From: Patescibacteria group bacterium | GTDB taxonomy: Bacteria > Patescibacteriota > Microgenomatia > UBA8517 | NCBI GenBank assembly: GCA_038206135.1 | Contig: JBBRBD010000007.1 | Coordinates: 1 to 51,706 of the forward strand | DNA length: 51,706 nucleotides | Reading direction: 5' to 3' | Shown: positions 17,775 to 25,852 of the stretch, one piece after another | Numbering within the stretch: the stretch's first letter is position 1 | How the letters are laid out: each line of letters begins with the position of its first letter | Position numbers and translations under genes: made by a program | Notes under the pieces: generated by a model | Told to the model about the DNA's origin: nothing | The model's input: the letters and a program-made list of their open reading frames with translations, nothing else | Database searches by the model: none

Positions 17775-18463
17775 TCTGTGGTTCCTCCTTCTTGTGGTGT
17801 TTCGATAGCGGGGGTGTCAACTACTTTATTTTCAGAAAGTCGCTTTACAATTACCAAACTACCTTTGCTTCCGGGGATTGGACCACGAATCCAAAGTTCA
17901 TTTCGTTCTGGGTTTACTGCAACAATCTGAAGATTCTTAACGGTTGTTTGGTCGACTCCCATGTGTCCTGCCATTCTCTTACCTTTATATACGCGTCCTG
18001 GTGTAGTACCTTGTCCGATTGAACCTGGAGCACGATGTCGATCACTTTGTCCATGAGTTTTTGGACCTCCTGCAAATCCATGTCGTTTTACGCCACCTGC
18101 AAATCCATGTCCTTTTGAAATCCCCGTTACCTGAACAGTATCTCCAACTGTAAATATATTCGTCACCTTAATCTCATCTCCTGCTTTCAATGATTCTCCT
18201 TCTTCTGTGTGAACTTCACGCAAAAAACGAGGCGCTTTTTTTTCTTCAATAGCGCCTTTTAAATGACCTTGCATTGGCTTTGTGATATTTTTAATTCTCT
18301 TTAAACCAAATCCAAGTTGTACAGCAAGATACCCGTGTTTTTCCGTATTTTTAACATCGGTTACAACACAAGGCCCTGCATTGACAATAGTCACAGGAGT
18401 TCTGACGTTACCTTCAAAGGTCTGCGTCATTTTAATTTTAGTACCCAGCAGTGTATTAATCAT
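17771..18463 (-). CDS. rplC: 50S ribosomal protein L3
   Basis: GYLAVQLG, SKGHGFAG, RAPGSIG, PGRVYKGKRMAG. Confidence 0.98.
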   Translation of the reverse strand: MINTLLGTKIKMTQTFEGNVRTPVTIVNAGPCVVTDVKNTEKHGYLAVQLGFGLKRIKNITKPMQGHLKGAIEEKKAPRFLREVHTEEGESLKAGDEIKVTNIFTVGDTVQVTGISKGHGFAGGVKRHGFAGGPKTHGQSDRHRAPGSIGQGTTPGRVYKGKRMAGHMGVDQTTVKNLQIVAVNPERNELWIRGPIPGSKGSLVIVKRLSENKVVDTPAIETPQEGGTTE

Positions 18464-18471
18464 AATGTGAC

Positions 18472-18496
18472 AAAAAAATAAGCGCTCGGAAGCGCC
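18472..18496 (-). terminator. Terminator-like hairpin inside the rplC leader (possible attenuator)
   Basis: - strand GGCGCT-TCCG-AGCGCT-TATTTTTTT ending 8 nt before the rplC ATG. Confidence 0.6.
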
Positions 18497-18566
18497 GCGA
18501 TGTGGCTACTTCAAAGTTTTACAAATCTATGTGATGAGCAAGAAAACACTTCATCAGTTATGTGCG

Positions 18567-18595
18567 ATTATACCAAAGCGTGAGGGAGCTTGCAA
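18567..18595 (-). promoter_or_regulatory. Sigma70 promoter of the rplC-led r-protein operon
   Basis: - strand TTGCAA-17 nt-(TGg)TATAAT. Confidence 0.75.
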
Positions 18596-18669
18596 GGCAA
18601 GGCTAAAAAGATTGGATTTACACAAGAAAACACCTATAATATATTCGGTTTATTTTAAGGAGGATTCGC

Positions 18670-18873
18670 ATGTTAGATGGGCGTGAAAAGTATAGCAAGC
18701 TTGCTGAATTATCAGCCGAAAACCTTAATAAATCGGGTAAAACAAGGTTCATGTGGATTTTTAACATATGGATTGAACAAGGCACAGAATGTAGGTCATT
18801 TCTAAGAGCCTCAAATCCACAACAGACACGATTTACTGAGTTTTTACTTACATATGCCCTGGAAAAGAAGTAA
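18670..18873 (+). CDS. Hypothetical protein (67 aa)
   Basis: AAGGAGG SD 6 nt before ATG; TATAAT upstream. Confidence 0.55.
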   Translation: MLDGREKYSKLAELSAENLNKSGKTRFMWIFNIWIEQGTECRSFLRASNPQQTRFTEFLLTYALEKK

Positions 18874-18992
18874 TAAATGATAGGAATGGCATTGTGTTTT
18901 ATAGCACAAAGCCATTTTTTAGCTTATGGGTTGAAATTAGCAAATATAATTCGTATACTATATATCCAAGAAGGGATTTTAGGAGGTTTTGT

Positions 18993-19226
18993 ATGTGCAA
19001 GGACTGCACAAGAATGACGACGAATGAAGAAGTGCAAACAGCACACAGACTCTTGGAAATGAGACAATCTGGGGAAAAGGTGACCCGGGCAGACGCTCAG
19101 CAATTGCTTCCCGGACATGAAGAAGCAGCTTGGAACCTGTATCTTTCAATTGTCTCAGACATAGGCCAAACATGGGTGACATTATATCTCTACGGTAGAA
19201 GGCCAAAGACTCAAGGCGGTGCTTAA
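18993..19226 (+). CDS. Hypothetical protein (77 aa, N-terminal CxxC)
   Basis: Start moved to ATG 18993 after AGGAGG; TATACT upstream; terminator at the stop. Confidence 0.6.
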   Translation: MCKDCTRMTTNEEVQTAHRLLEMRQSGEKVTRADAQQLLPGHEEAAWNLYLSIVSDIGQTWVTLYLYGRRPKTQGGA

Positions 19227-19246
19227 CCAAGCGCCGCTTTATTTTT
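19213..19246 (+). terminator. Intrinsic terminator
   Basis: AAGGCGGTGCTT-AACC-AAGCGCCGCTTT-ATTTTT. Confidence 0.75.
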
Positions 19247-19271
19247 GACTAAAAATTAGTGTATTATTTTC

Positions 19272-19562
19272 TTGATGATTGCTGAATATAAGAAAAAAAC
19301 TAATAAATACATTGCAATAGGACTATTTCTACAACTTTTCATGATAATTATGAGGCGACAGCTTGGTATATCTATCATTATCGGTTTCACAGGTTATATC
19401 TATCTGTCTTTAATTCTAATTAGCTCTGTCGCTTTTTTATATGGAGTTTATTGCTACGTAAAAGGCAAAGGTTATTCCGGTTGGTTTGCCTTTCTTGGGA
19501 TTTTTCACTTACTCGGGCTTCTTATCTTAGTCTTACTACCTGACCATCGTAAGCAAGGCTAA
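19272..19562 (+). CDS. Small membrane protein (about 3 TM)
   Basis: Hydrophobic segments; KGKGYSGWFAFLG...LLPD motif; 3' end overlaps tlyA. Confidence 0.7.
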   Translation: MMIAEYKKKTNKYIAIGLFLQLFMIIMRRQLGISIIIGFTGYIYLSLILISSVAFLYGVYCYVKGKGYSGWFAFLGIFHLLGLLILVLLPDHRKQG

Positions 19563-20093
19563 GAACTCTCTGTTCTTTCCCTTTTCTCCTAAAATTGGCG
19601 ACTCGACAAAACCTTCTATTTTTAGTTTTAAACTTTCAATGTCTTTTTTCACCTTCTCTAAAATTTCATCCATTTTTTCTTCCATAAGTTTTCCTTTGTG
19701 AATATACTTTGACGGCGCTTCATAATGAGGTTTAATAAGGGCAAGAATACGGCCATTTTCTTTAAGGTTTTTAATCACACTCGGAAGTATAAACGATTGC
19801 TTAGTCCAACCCGTATCTACTGAGATAATATCCATTTTTTCAGGAAGCTCGACATGTAGTGCATTTGTGCGTTCCATGACGATAACTCTTGGGTCATTCC
19901 GGAGTGTCCACGCAAGTTCTCCATATGCAGTGTCTACTGCATATACTTTCTTAGCACCATTTTGTAGCAAACAGTCGGTAAACCCACCTGTTGAACAACC
20001 AAAGTCAGCACATGTTAAGTCTTTTGGAGACACCTGAAATGAGTCAAGTGCAAATTGAAGTTTTTCTCCAGCTCTGGAAGCAAATGTTTTCAT
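19536..20093 (-). CDS. tlyA: TlyA-family rRNA 2'-O-methyltransferase lacking the N-terminal S4 domain
   Basis: FASRAGEKL, DFGCSTGGFTDCLLQNGAKKVYAVD, ERTNA, LIKPHYE, SPILG..NREF. Confidence 0.85.
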   Translation of the reverse strand: MKTFASRAGEKLQFALDSFQVSPKDLTCADFGCSTGGFTDCLLQNGAKKVYAVDTAYGELAWTLRNDPRVIVMERTNALHVELPEKMDIISVDTGWTKQSFILPSVIKNLKENGRILALIKPHYEAPSKYIHKGKLMEEKMDEILEKVKKDIESLKLKIEGFVESPILGEKGKNREFLALLTMVR

Positions 20094-20106
20094 ATATATA
20101 GTAGTA

Positions 20107-20139
20107 TAAACATCCCCTCGCTATTTTGCTGCGAGGGGA
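20107..20139 (-). terminator. Terminator-like hairpin after ORF 20146-20553
   Basis: 9-bp inverted repeat TCCCCTCGC/GCGAGGGGA, then TGTTT on - strand. Confidence 0.6.
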
Positions 20140-20145
20140 AACAAA

Positions 20146-20553
20146 TCATGACCGAAATGGCCAAAGTGACCAAAGTGGCTCATCAATATACGGACAAATG
20201 ATAAATCGGTCGATTAAAATGCCGCAGAGCCACACACATAGTCCTAGATAGCGCATATCAAAAAATGAGAGCATGGGACCTATTATAAGTACAGCTCTCC
20301 AAAGAAAGACAACATATACAATATCTGGATGTTCAGCTTTATTTTTGCATGTTTTAAGGCTCCACTTTTCCCAATCGGTGGATCCCAAGAAAACGTCAAG
20401 TACAACCACCGAGGTCAACAAATACAGTAAAATCATGAGTGATGGAATAATCGTATTGGTAGGAATATGAAAATTCACATGCCAAGCAAAGCAAAACAGA
20501 TTGATTCCTTCGAAAAGCAAAGTAAAGAGTGCTACGAATATAGCTACAATCAT
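20146..20553 (-). CDS. Hypothetical membrane protein
   Basis: About 4 hydrophobic segments; AGGAG SD. Confidence 0.65.
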   Translation of the reverse strand: MIVAIFVALFTLLFEGINLFCFAWHVNFHIPTNTIIPSLMILLYLLTSVVVLDVFLGSTDWEKWSLKTCKNKAEHPDIVYVVFLWRAVLIIGPMLSFFDMRYLGLCVWLCGILIDRFIICPYIDEPLWSLWPFRS

Positions 20554-20632
20554 AAGAGTCTCCTATTACTATCTCGAAGGCTTATAATATATGGTGGAAG
20601 AAAAATATACAAGCTAAAGTAACCTAAGACGG

Positions 20633-20941
20633 TTACATCTTGACTTCAATGGAGACACCAGCAGGAAGATCTAAGTTAGAAAGAGAGTCTATTGTTCGCT
20701 CTGAAGGGTCTACAATATCAATTAAACGTTTGTGAACAAGCATTTCATAGTGATCACGTGCATTTTTATCAATAAAAGGACCAGCGTTTACAGCGTAAAG
20801 GGTTCTTCGTGTAGGAAGTGGAATAGGGCCAACAATTTTAGCACCTGTAGCAATTGCCGAGTCCAAAATTTTGGCAGCAGCCTCGTCTATGACTCTGTGG
20901 TCATAGCTCTTAAGCTTAACTCGTATTCTACCTGTTGGCAT
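20633..20941 (-). CDS. rpsJ: 30S ribosomal protein S10
   Basis: IRVKLKSYDHR, GPIPLPT, HKRLIDI, LPAGV. Confidence 0.98.
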   Translation of the reverse strand: MPTGRIRVKLKSYDHRVIDEAAAKILDSAIATGAKIVGPIPLPTRRTLYAVNAGPFIDKNARDHYEMLVHKRLIDIVDPSERTIDSLSNLDLPAGVSIEVKM

Positions 20942-20992
20942 AATAATTGTTTAAAGTGCGGGCAGGAGGGAAAAAATAGATGGATTAAGGAG

Positions 20993-22192
20993 TTACTTGA
21001 TAATCTTGGTGACTACTCCTGCACCAACTGTCTTTCCACCTTCTCGAATTGCAAATCTCATTCCTTCTTCCATAGCTAAAGGAACAATAAGTTTTACAGT
21101 CATTTTAGCGTTATCTCCTGGCATAATCATTTCCACACCTTCTGGAAGTGTTGCTTCTCCAGTAATATCTCCTGTTCGAATAAAAAATTGTGGTTTGTAT
21201 CCACTAAAGAATGGTGTGTGACGTCCGCCTTCTTCTTTTGACAAAACATATACTTCTCCGTCAAATTCAGTGTGAGGAGTAATTGAGCCTGGTTTAGCCA
21301 AAACTTGTCCTCGTTCAACATCTTCTTTTTCAACTCCGCGAAGCAATACTCCAACGTTGTCACCAGCTTCTGTTTTATCCAAAGTCTTTCTAAACATTTC
21401 CAAACCTGTAACTACTGTTTTCTTTGTAGGCTTAATTCCAATGATTTCAATTTCTTCGTTAACTGAAAGTGTTCCACGTTCTACTCTTCCGGTAACTACT
21501 GTGCCTCGTCCTTTGATTGAGAAAACGTCCTCAACTGGCATAAGGAATGGTTTGTCTGTTTCTCGTTTTGGATCAGGAATATAATTATCTACAGCGTCCA
21601 TAAGCTCAATGATCTTCTTTTCATATTCAGCATCACCTTCAAGTGCTTTAAGAGCTGAGCCACGAATCACTGGGATTTCATCTCCAGGGAAATTATATTT
21701 CTTCAAAAGATCACGTACTTCTTGTTCAACCAAATCAATAAGTTCTGCATCATCAACCATGTCGCATTTGTTCAAGAAAACAACCAATGCTGGAACATTG
21801 ACCTGACGAGCCAAAATAACGTGTTCTCGAGTTTGAGGCATCATTCCGTCTGCTGCTGAAACTACTAGAATTGCTCCATCCATCTGAGCTGCACCAGTGA
21901 TCATGTTTTTGATATAATCTGCGTGTCCTGGAGCATCAATGTGAGCATAATGCCGTTTAGCTGTTTCGTATTCTACGTGAGTAATGTTAATGGTGACACC
22001 ACGAGCTTTTTCTTCTGGAGCATTATCAATTTGATCATAAGACATTGCTTTTGTAGTACTACCAGGCTGTTTTGAAAGCACTGTAGCAATAGCTGAAGTA
22101 AGAGTTGTTTTTCCGTGATCAACGTGACCAATAGTCCCAATGTTTACGTGGGGCTTTGTTCGTTCAAATTTCTGTTTTGTATCTGCTGCCAT
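20993..22192 (-). CDS. tuf: Elongation factor Tu
   Basis: [33 protein letters not shown]; start moved to ATG 22192. Confidence 0.99.
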   Translation of the reverse strand: MAADTKQKFERTKPHVNIGTIGHVDHGKTTLTSAIATVLSKQPGSTTKAMSYDQIDNAPEEKARGVTINITHVEYETAKRHYAHIDAPGHADYIKNMITGAAQMDGAILVVSAADGMMPQTREHVILARQVNVPALVVFLNKCDMVDDAELIDLVEQEVRDLLKKYNFPGDEIPVIRGSALKALEGDAEYEKKIIELMDAVDNYIPDPKRETDKPFLMPVEDVFSIKGRGTVVTGRVERGTLSVNEEIEIIGIKPTKKTVVTGLEMFRKTLDKTEAGDNVGVLLRGVEKEDVERGQVLAKPGSITPHTEFDGEVYVLSKEEGGRHTPFFSGYKPQFFIRTGDITGEATLPEGVEMIMPGDNAKMTVKLIVPLAMEEGMRFAIREGGKTVGAGVVTKIIK

Positions 22193-22285
22193 GTGAGTGA
22201 ATTTGTATTTTAGCGCCTGTAGGCTCAATTGCAAGTGGCAATTTAACTTAAAGGCTTATTATGCATCTAATGCACAAGTGAGGCT

Positions 22286-22314
22286 ATTATGCACAAAAAA
22301 GAAATCAGTGTCAA
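22286..22314 (-). promoter_or_regulatory. Sigma70 promoter of tuf-rpsJ
   Basis: - strand TTGACA-17 nt-CATAAT. Confidence 0.75.
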
Positions 22315-22357
22315 CAGGGGAAGTTAAAAACACTGCTTAGCTTTGATAAATAGGCAC

Positions 22358-22385
22358 AAAAATTGGCTCAGGGAGTCCCTGAGCC
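22358..22385 (-). terminator. Intrinsic terminator after ClpP-like gene
   Basis: GGCTCAGGG-3 nt-CCCTGAGCC, then AATTTTT on - strand. Confidence 0.75.
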
Positions 22386-22400
22386 GTTTCATAGATTTAT

Positions 22401-22925
22401 TTATCCAACAATTTTGTGGGCAAAGCCCAATTTCAGAGCATTTTTGGCCCTGAGTGTAGTGCTTCGATCCATCATTCTTTTTAGTTTTTTACGACTAAGA
22501 TCAGATACCTGTTTCAAGATATGGCTCAGGTACGCGGATTGCCAATCTTCGAGTTGAGTGATTTGATCTGCGAGGGCAGATCCTTCAAGGCTTTTCTTCT
22601 CGGTGAAAGTACTCGCCATCGGGTGCAACGTCATCGTGCAGTTTTTCCCTATGGTTCTATTTTTGCCAAGCAAGAAAATAGGGATTGCCATTGAACTTAC
22701 TTGTCCATACGCGACAGTATCGAAAGATATGTCGTTCGCAACAACCCAGTCACAAAATGCAAACCCGGCCTCACAAATTCCTCCCCCTGAATAAATTTCA
22801 AACGTGATCGGTTTCTTTGGATCTTCGTCAACAAGTTTACTCAAGACTTGCATAAGATTCTTCGTTTCATATGCGTTGATCTCTTCATTCCAAATCCGAA
22901 TTAGTCGTTTGCTTGGGACTTCCAC
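22401..22925 (-). CDS. clpP: ClpP-family (S14) serine protease, divergent
   Basis: PITFEIYSGGG, GQVSSMA (Ser), MTLHP (His), A..ALKLGFA; start moved to GTG 22925 after AGGAGG. Confidence 0.75.
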   Translation of the reverse strand: MEVPSKRLIRIWNEEINAYETKNLMQVLSKLVDEDPKKPITFEIYSGGGICEAGFAFCDWVVANDISFDTVAYGQVSSMAIPIFLLGKNRTIGKNCTMTLHPMASTFTEKKSLEGSALADQITQLEDWQSAYLSHILKQVSDLSRKKLKRMMDRSTTLRAKNALKLGFAHKIVG

Positions 22926-22984
22926 AAAAACCTCCTGTGAGGAATACAATCTCTGGTACAGGAATTATACCATATTATGGGTTC

Positions 22985-23010
22985 AAAAAAAGAGGGCATA
23001 TTCGCCCTCT
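22985..23010 (-). terminator. Intrinsic terminator after ORF 23017-23502
   Basis: AGAGGGC-6 nt-GCCCTCT followed by a T run on - strand. Confidence 0.75.
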
Positions 23011-23016
23011 CACTAG

Positions 23017-23502
23017 TCACAATGTTACTTCCATCCATTCGCTTACTCTCAAAACAAGTAAATTTTTAAATTCAGGCTTGGGAGCGTAATTGTTTGACGC
23101 ATCCAAGAGTTTAAACATTCCAAGCAGTTGAACTGGTATGAATTCAACGGCTAGAGTCCCTGTTTCCAGTCCAATCCTGAGTCTTGATAGTGCTTCTCGA
23201 TTTAAATCGTATATAGCAGTGCTAATCGAAAATTTTAGTGCCGATTCTTTTTCCTTATTCTCAGTTAGTATCTTTCTAATAGCCCGAATAGCATGGTTTT
23301 CATATTCTTTTTTAAATTTACGAATATATGCCGGCTGACTATTCCCATTTGCTTCGGTCAAGAAAGATAGGGACAACGATTTATCTTCAAAATAACCCAA
23401 GGAATCGAATGATAGGCCTATTTCACACAAAACCTCAATTGGTATTTGCCGAAGCACTACGAGAACCATCTGAAAACATTGTTCAGCTGAATACTGATCC
23501 AC
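23017..23502 (-). CDS. Hypothetical protein (161 aa)
   Basis: AAAGGAGG SD before GTG; TATAAT upstream; own terminator. Confidence 0.65.
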   Translation of the reverse strand: MDQYSAEQCFQMVLVVLRQIPIEVLCEIGLSFDSLGYFEDKSLSLSFLTEANGNSQPAYIRKFKKEYENHAIRAIRKILTENKEKESALKFSISTAIYDLNREALSRLRIGLETGTLAVEFIPVQLLGMFKLLDASNNYAPKPEFKNLLVLRVSEWMEVTL

Positions 23503-23571
23503 AACTTCCTCCTTTGAAAGTAAAAGTCTAGCGGATTATAAAAGAAGTGACAAAAAAATACAATTTACGTA

Positions 23572-25725
23572 TTATTTCCCTTTTGCAGCAACAATTTGCG
23601 CCGTAACGTTTTGAGGCACTTCATCATAGTGAGAAGGCTCTACATACGCTGCAGCACGTCCTTGAGAGATTGAGCGAAGCTTAGTGGCATATCCGTGCAG
23701 CTCTGCCAAAGGCACAGTTCCGGTTACGATCGTAAACATACCCTTTTTCTCGGTTCCAGAGATAGAAGCTCGCTTACTTGAAAGGTCTCCGATAATATCT
23801 CCCATAAATTCGTCAGGAGTCGACACTTCAATCTTCATGATTGGCTCAAGGAGTACCATATCAGCTTTGTTAGCAGCTTCCTCAACTCCCAAACTTCCCG
23901 CGATCTTAAAGGCCATTTCAGATGAGTCAACCTCATGGAAACTTCCATCGTAAACTACAACTCGGATATCGACTAATGGGTATCCTGCCAAAATTCCATT
24001 TTCGAGCTTTTCTTTGACACCTTTTTCAATTGGACTAATATATTCCTGAGGAACTGAACCACCTTTGATTTCAGACAAGAATTCAAAACCTTCACCACGA
24101 CCTCGAGGTTCAATTCTGAGCCAACAATGTCCGTATTGTCCACGACCTCCCGTTTGACGAATATATTTACCCTCTCCTGTTGCAATCTTTTTGATAGTTT
24201 CCTTGTAAGCGACTTGAGGAGCACCGGTTTTAGCTTCTACATTGAATTCACGCTTCATGCGGTTGACCAAAACTTCCAATTGAAGTTCTCCCATTCCTGA
24301 GATAATAGTTTGTCCTGTTTCGTGATTACTTTTAATTCTAAAAGTTGGATCTTCATCTGCAAGTTTGTTCAATGCGAGTCCCATTTTCTCCTGATCTGTC
24401 TTTGTAGCTGGCTCAATTGCCAACGAGATAACAGGCTCTGGGAATGTGATTGATTCCAAAAGAATAGGATGCGCTTCATCACAAAGAGTGTTCCCTGTTG
24501 TGGTGTCTCGCAAGCCAACTACAGCCACAATTTCTCCAGCATATGCTTCTTCTACCAGTTCTCGTTGATCTGCGTGTAATAGAACGAGTTTCCCAATGCG
24601 CTCTTTTACTTTCTTTGTAATGTTATAGACCTCTTGGCCAGTCTTCAGCTTTCCAGAATAGATACGAACATACAGCAAGCGACCCACATGAGGATCTGTC
24701 ATAACTTTAAATCCAAGACCTGAAAATGGTGCTTCATTTTTGCGCTCACGTTTTTCAACTTCGCCAGTTTTTGGATTAATTCCTTCAACTGGAGGAACAT
24801 CAATTGGAGAAGGCAAATATTCAACAACGGCATTAAGTAAAAGCTGTGTTGTTGCTGTTCTGTTGTCTCCACCCAAAATTGGGAAGAATTTAACAGCTAC
24901 CACTCCTTTTCGAATAGCACGCTTAATATCAATTTCTGTTAATTCTTTGCCTTCCAAGTATTTGGTTAAAGTTTCATCGTCAAATTCTGCAACCTTTTCT
25001 ATCAATTGATTGCGATATTTTGTTGCCATTTCGAGAAGGTCTGCTGGAATTTCCTCTTCTGTTAGGACAATGTCTTCAATTGCTTTGTACGTGTAAGCCT
25101 TCATTTTGACAAGATCAATCATTCCTCGAAGTTCGTGTTCAAACCCGACTGGTATTTGAATTGGAGAAGTGTTTGCTCCCAATCGCTCATCAATTGACTT
25201 CAAACTTCCTTCAAAATCTGCTCCAATAAGATTTAACTTATTCAAAATACAAATGCGTGGAACTTTATATTTGTCTGCTTGTCTCCAAACTGTTTCAGAT
25301 TGAGATTCAACACCAGTTCTTCCATCGAAGACCATAACTGCTCCATCAAGTACTCGAAGGGAGCGCTCAACTTCAGCGGTAAAATCAATGTGACCTGGAG
25401 TATCAATAATGTTAATTCGGTAGTGACCGTCGTCAACTGAAGAACTTTCCTTTAGGTCCCAGAACGTTGTTATAGCAGCAGAGACAATTGTGATACCTCG
25501 CTCACGCTCTTCTTCCATCCAGTCAGTCGCTGTAGTTCCATCGTCAACAGAACCGAGCTTGTATGTTTTTCCTGTTTCGTACAAAATGCGCTCAGTAGTA
25601 GTTGTTTTACCGGCGTCGATGTGGGCAATAATTCCAATGTTGCGAATTTTTTCATATGAAACCAACCGATCTTTAGTAACGGTTGAAACAATTGCGGATT
25701 TCTTTTTAGCGGCTTGGGCTGCCAT
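23572..25725 (-). CDS. fusA: Elongation factor G
   Basis: RNIGIIAHIDAGKTT, ERGITI, DTPGH, EDPTF, GGRGQYGH, VDSSEMAF; start moved to ATG 25725 (TGaTACAAT 10 nt upstream). Confidence 0.98.
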   Translation of the reverse strand: MAAQAAKKKSAIVSTVTKDRLVSYEKIRNIGIIAHIDAGKTTTTERILYETGKTYKLGSVDDGTTATDWMEEERERGITIVSAAITTFWDLKESSSVDDGHYRINIIDTPGHIDFTAEVERSLRVLDGAVMVFDGRTGVESQSETVWRQADKYKVPRICILNKLNLIGADFEGSLKSIDERLGANTSPIQIPVGFEHELRGMIDLVKMKAYTYKAIEDIVLTEEEIPADLLEMATKYRNQLIEKVAEFDDETLTKYLEGKELTEIDIKRAIRKGVVAVKFFPILGGDNRTATTQLLLNAVVEYLPSPIDVPPVEGINPKTGEVEKRERKNEAPFSGLGFKVMTDPHVGRLLYVRIYSGKLKTGQEVYNITKKVKERIGKLVLLHADQRELVEEAYAGEIVAVVGLRDTTTGNTLCDEAHPILLESITFPEPVISLAIEPATKTDQEKMGLALNKLADEDPTFRIKSNHETGQTIISGMGELQLEVLVNRMKREFNVEAKTGAPQVAYKETIKKIATGEGKYIRQTGGRGQYGHCWLRIEPRGRGEGFEFLSEIKGGSVPQEYISPIEKGVKEKLENGILAGYPLVDIRVVVYDGSFHEVDSSEMAFKIAGSLGVEEAANKADMVLLEPIMKIEVSTPDEFMGDIIGDLSSKRASISGTEKKGMFTIVTGTVPLAELHGYATKLRSISQGRAAAYVEPSHYDEVPQNVTAQIVAAKGK

Positions 25726-25852
25726 AGCAGAGGTGATTGTATCAAATTGAGTGCACAAGCACAATGAGCATGAAATATCGAAATAAATATATTTCACAAA
25801 TAAAAATATAAAACTCATCCCCCAAAAGTCACCTTTTTGATATGATGCATAT

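Noticed and set aside
20554-20590. GAGATAGT 8-mer shared by the leaders of orphans 20146-20553 and 4979-5293, as a possible cassette or recombination motif
   Set aside because: Only 8 nt in two copies, not seen in the other cassette leaders, and the 20.5-kb leader does not form the same fold.
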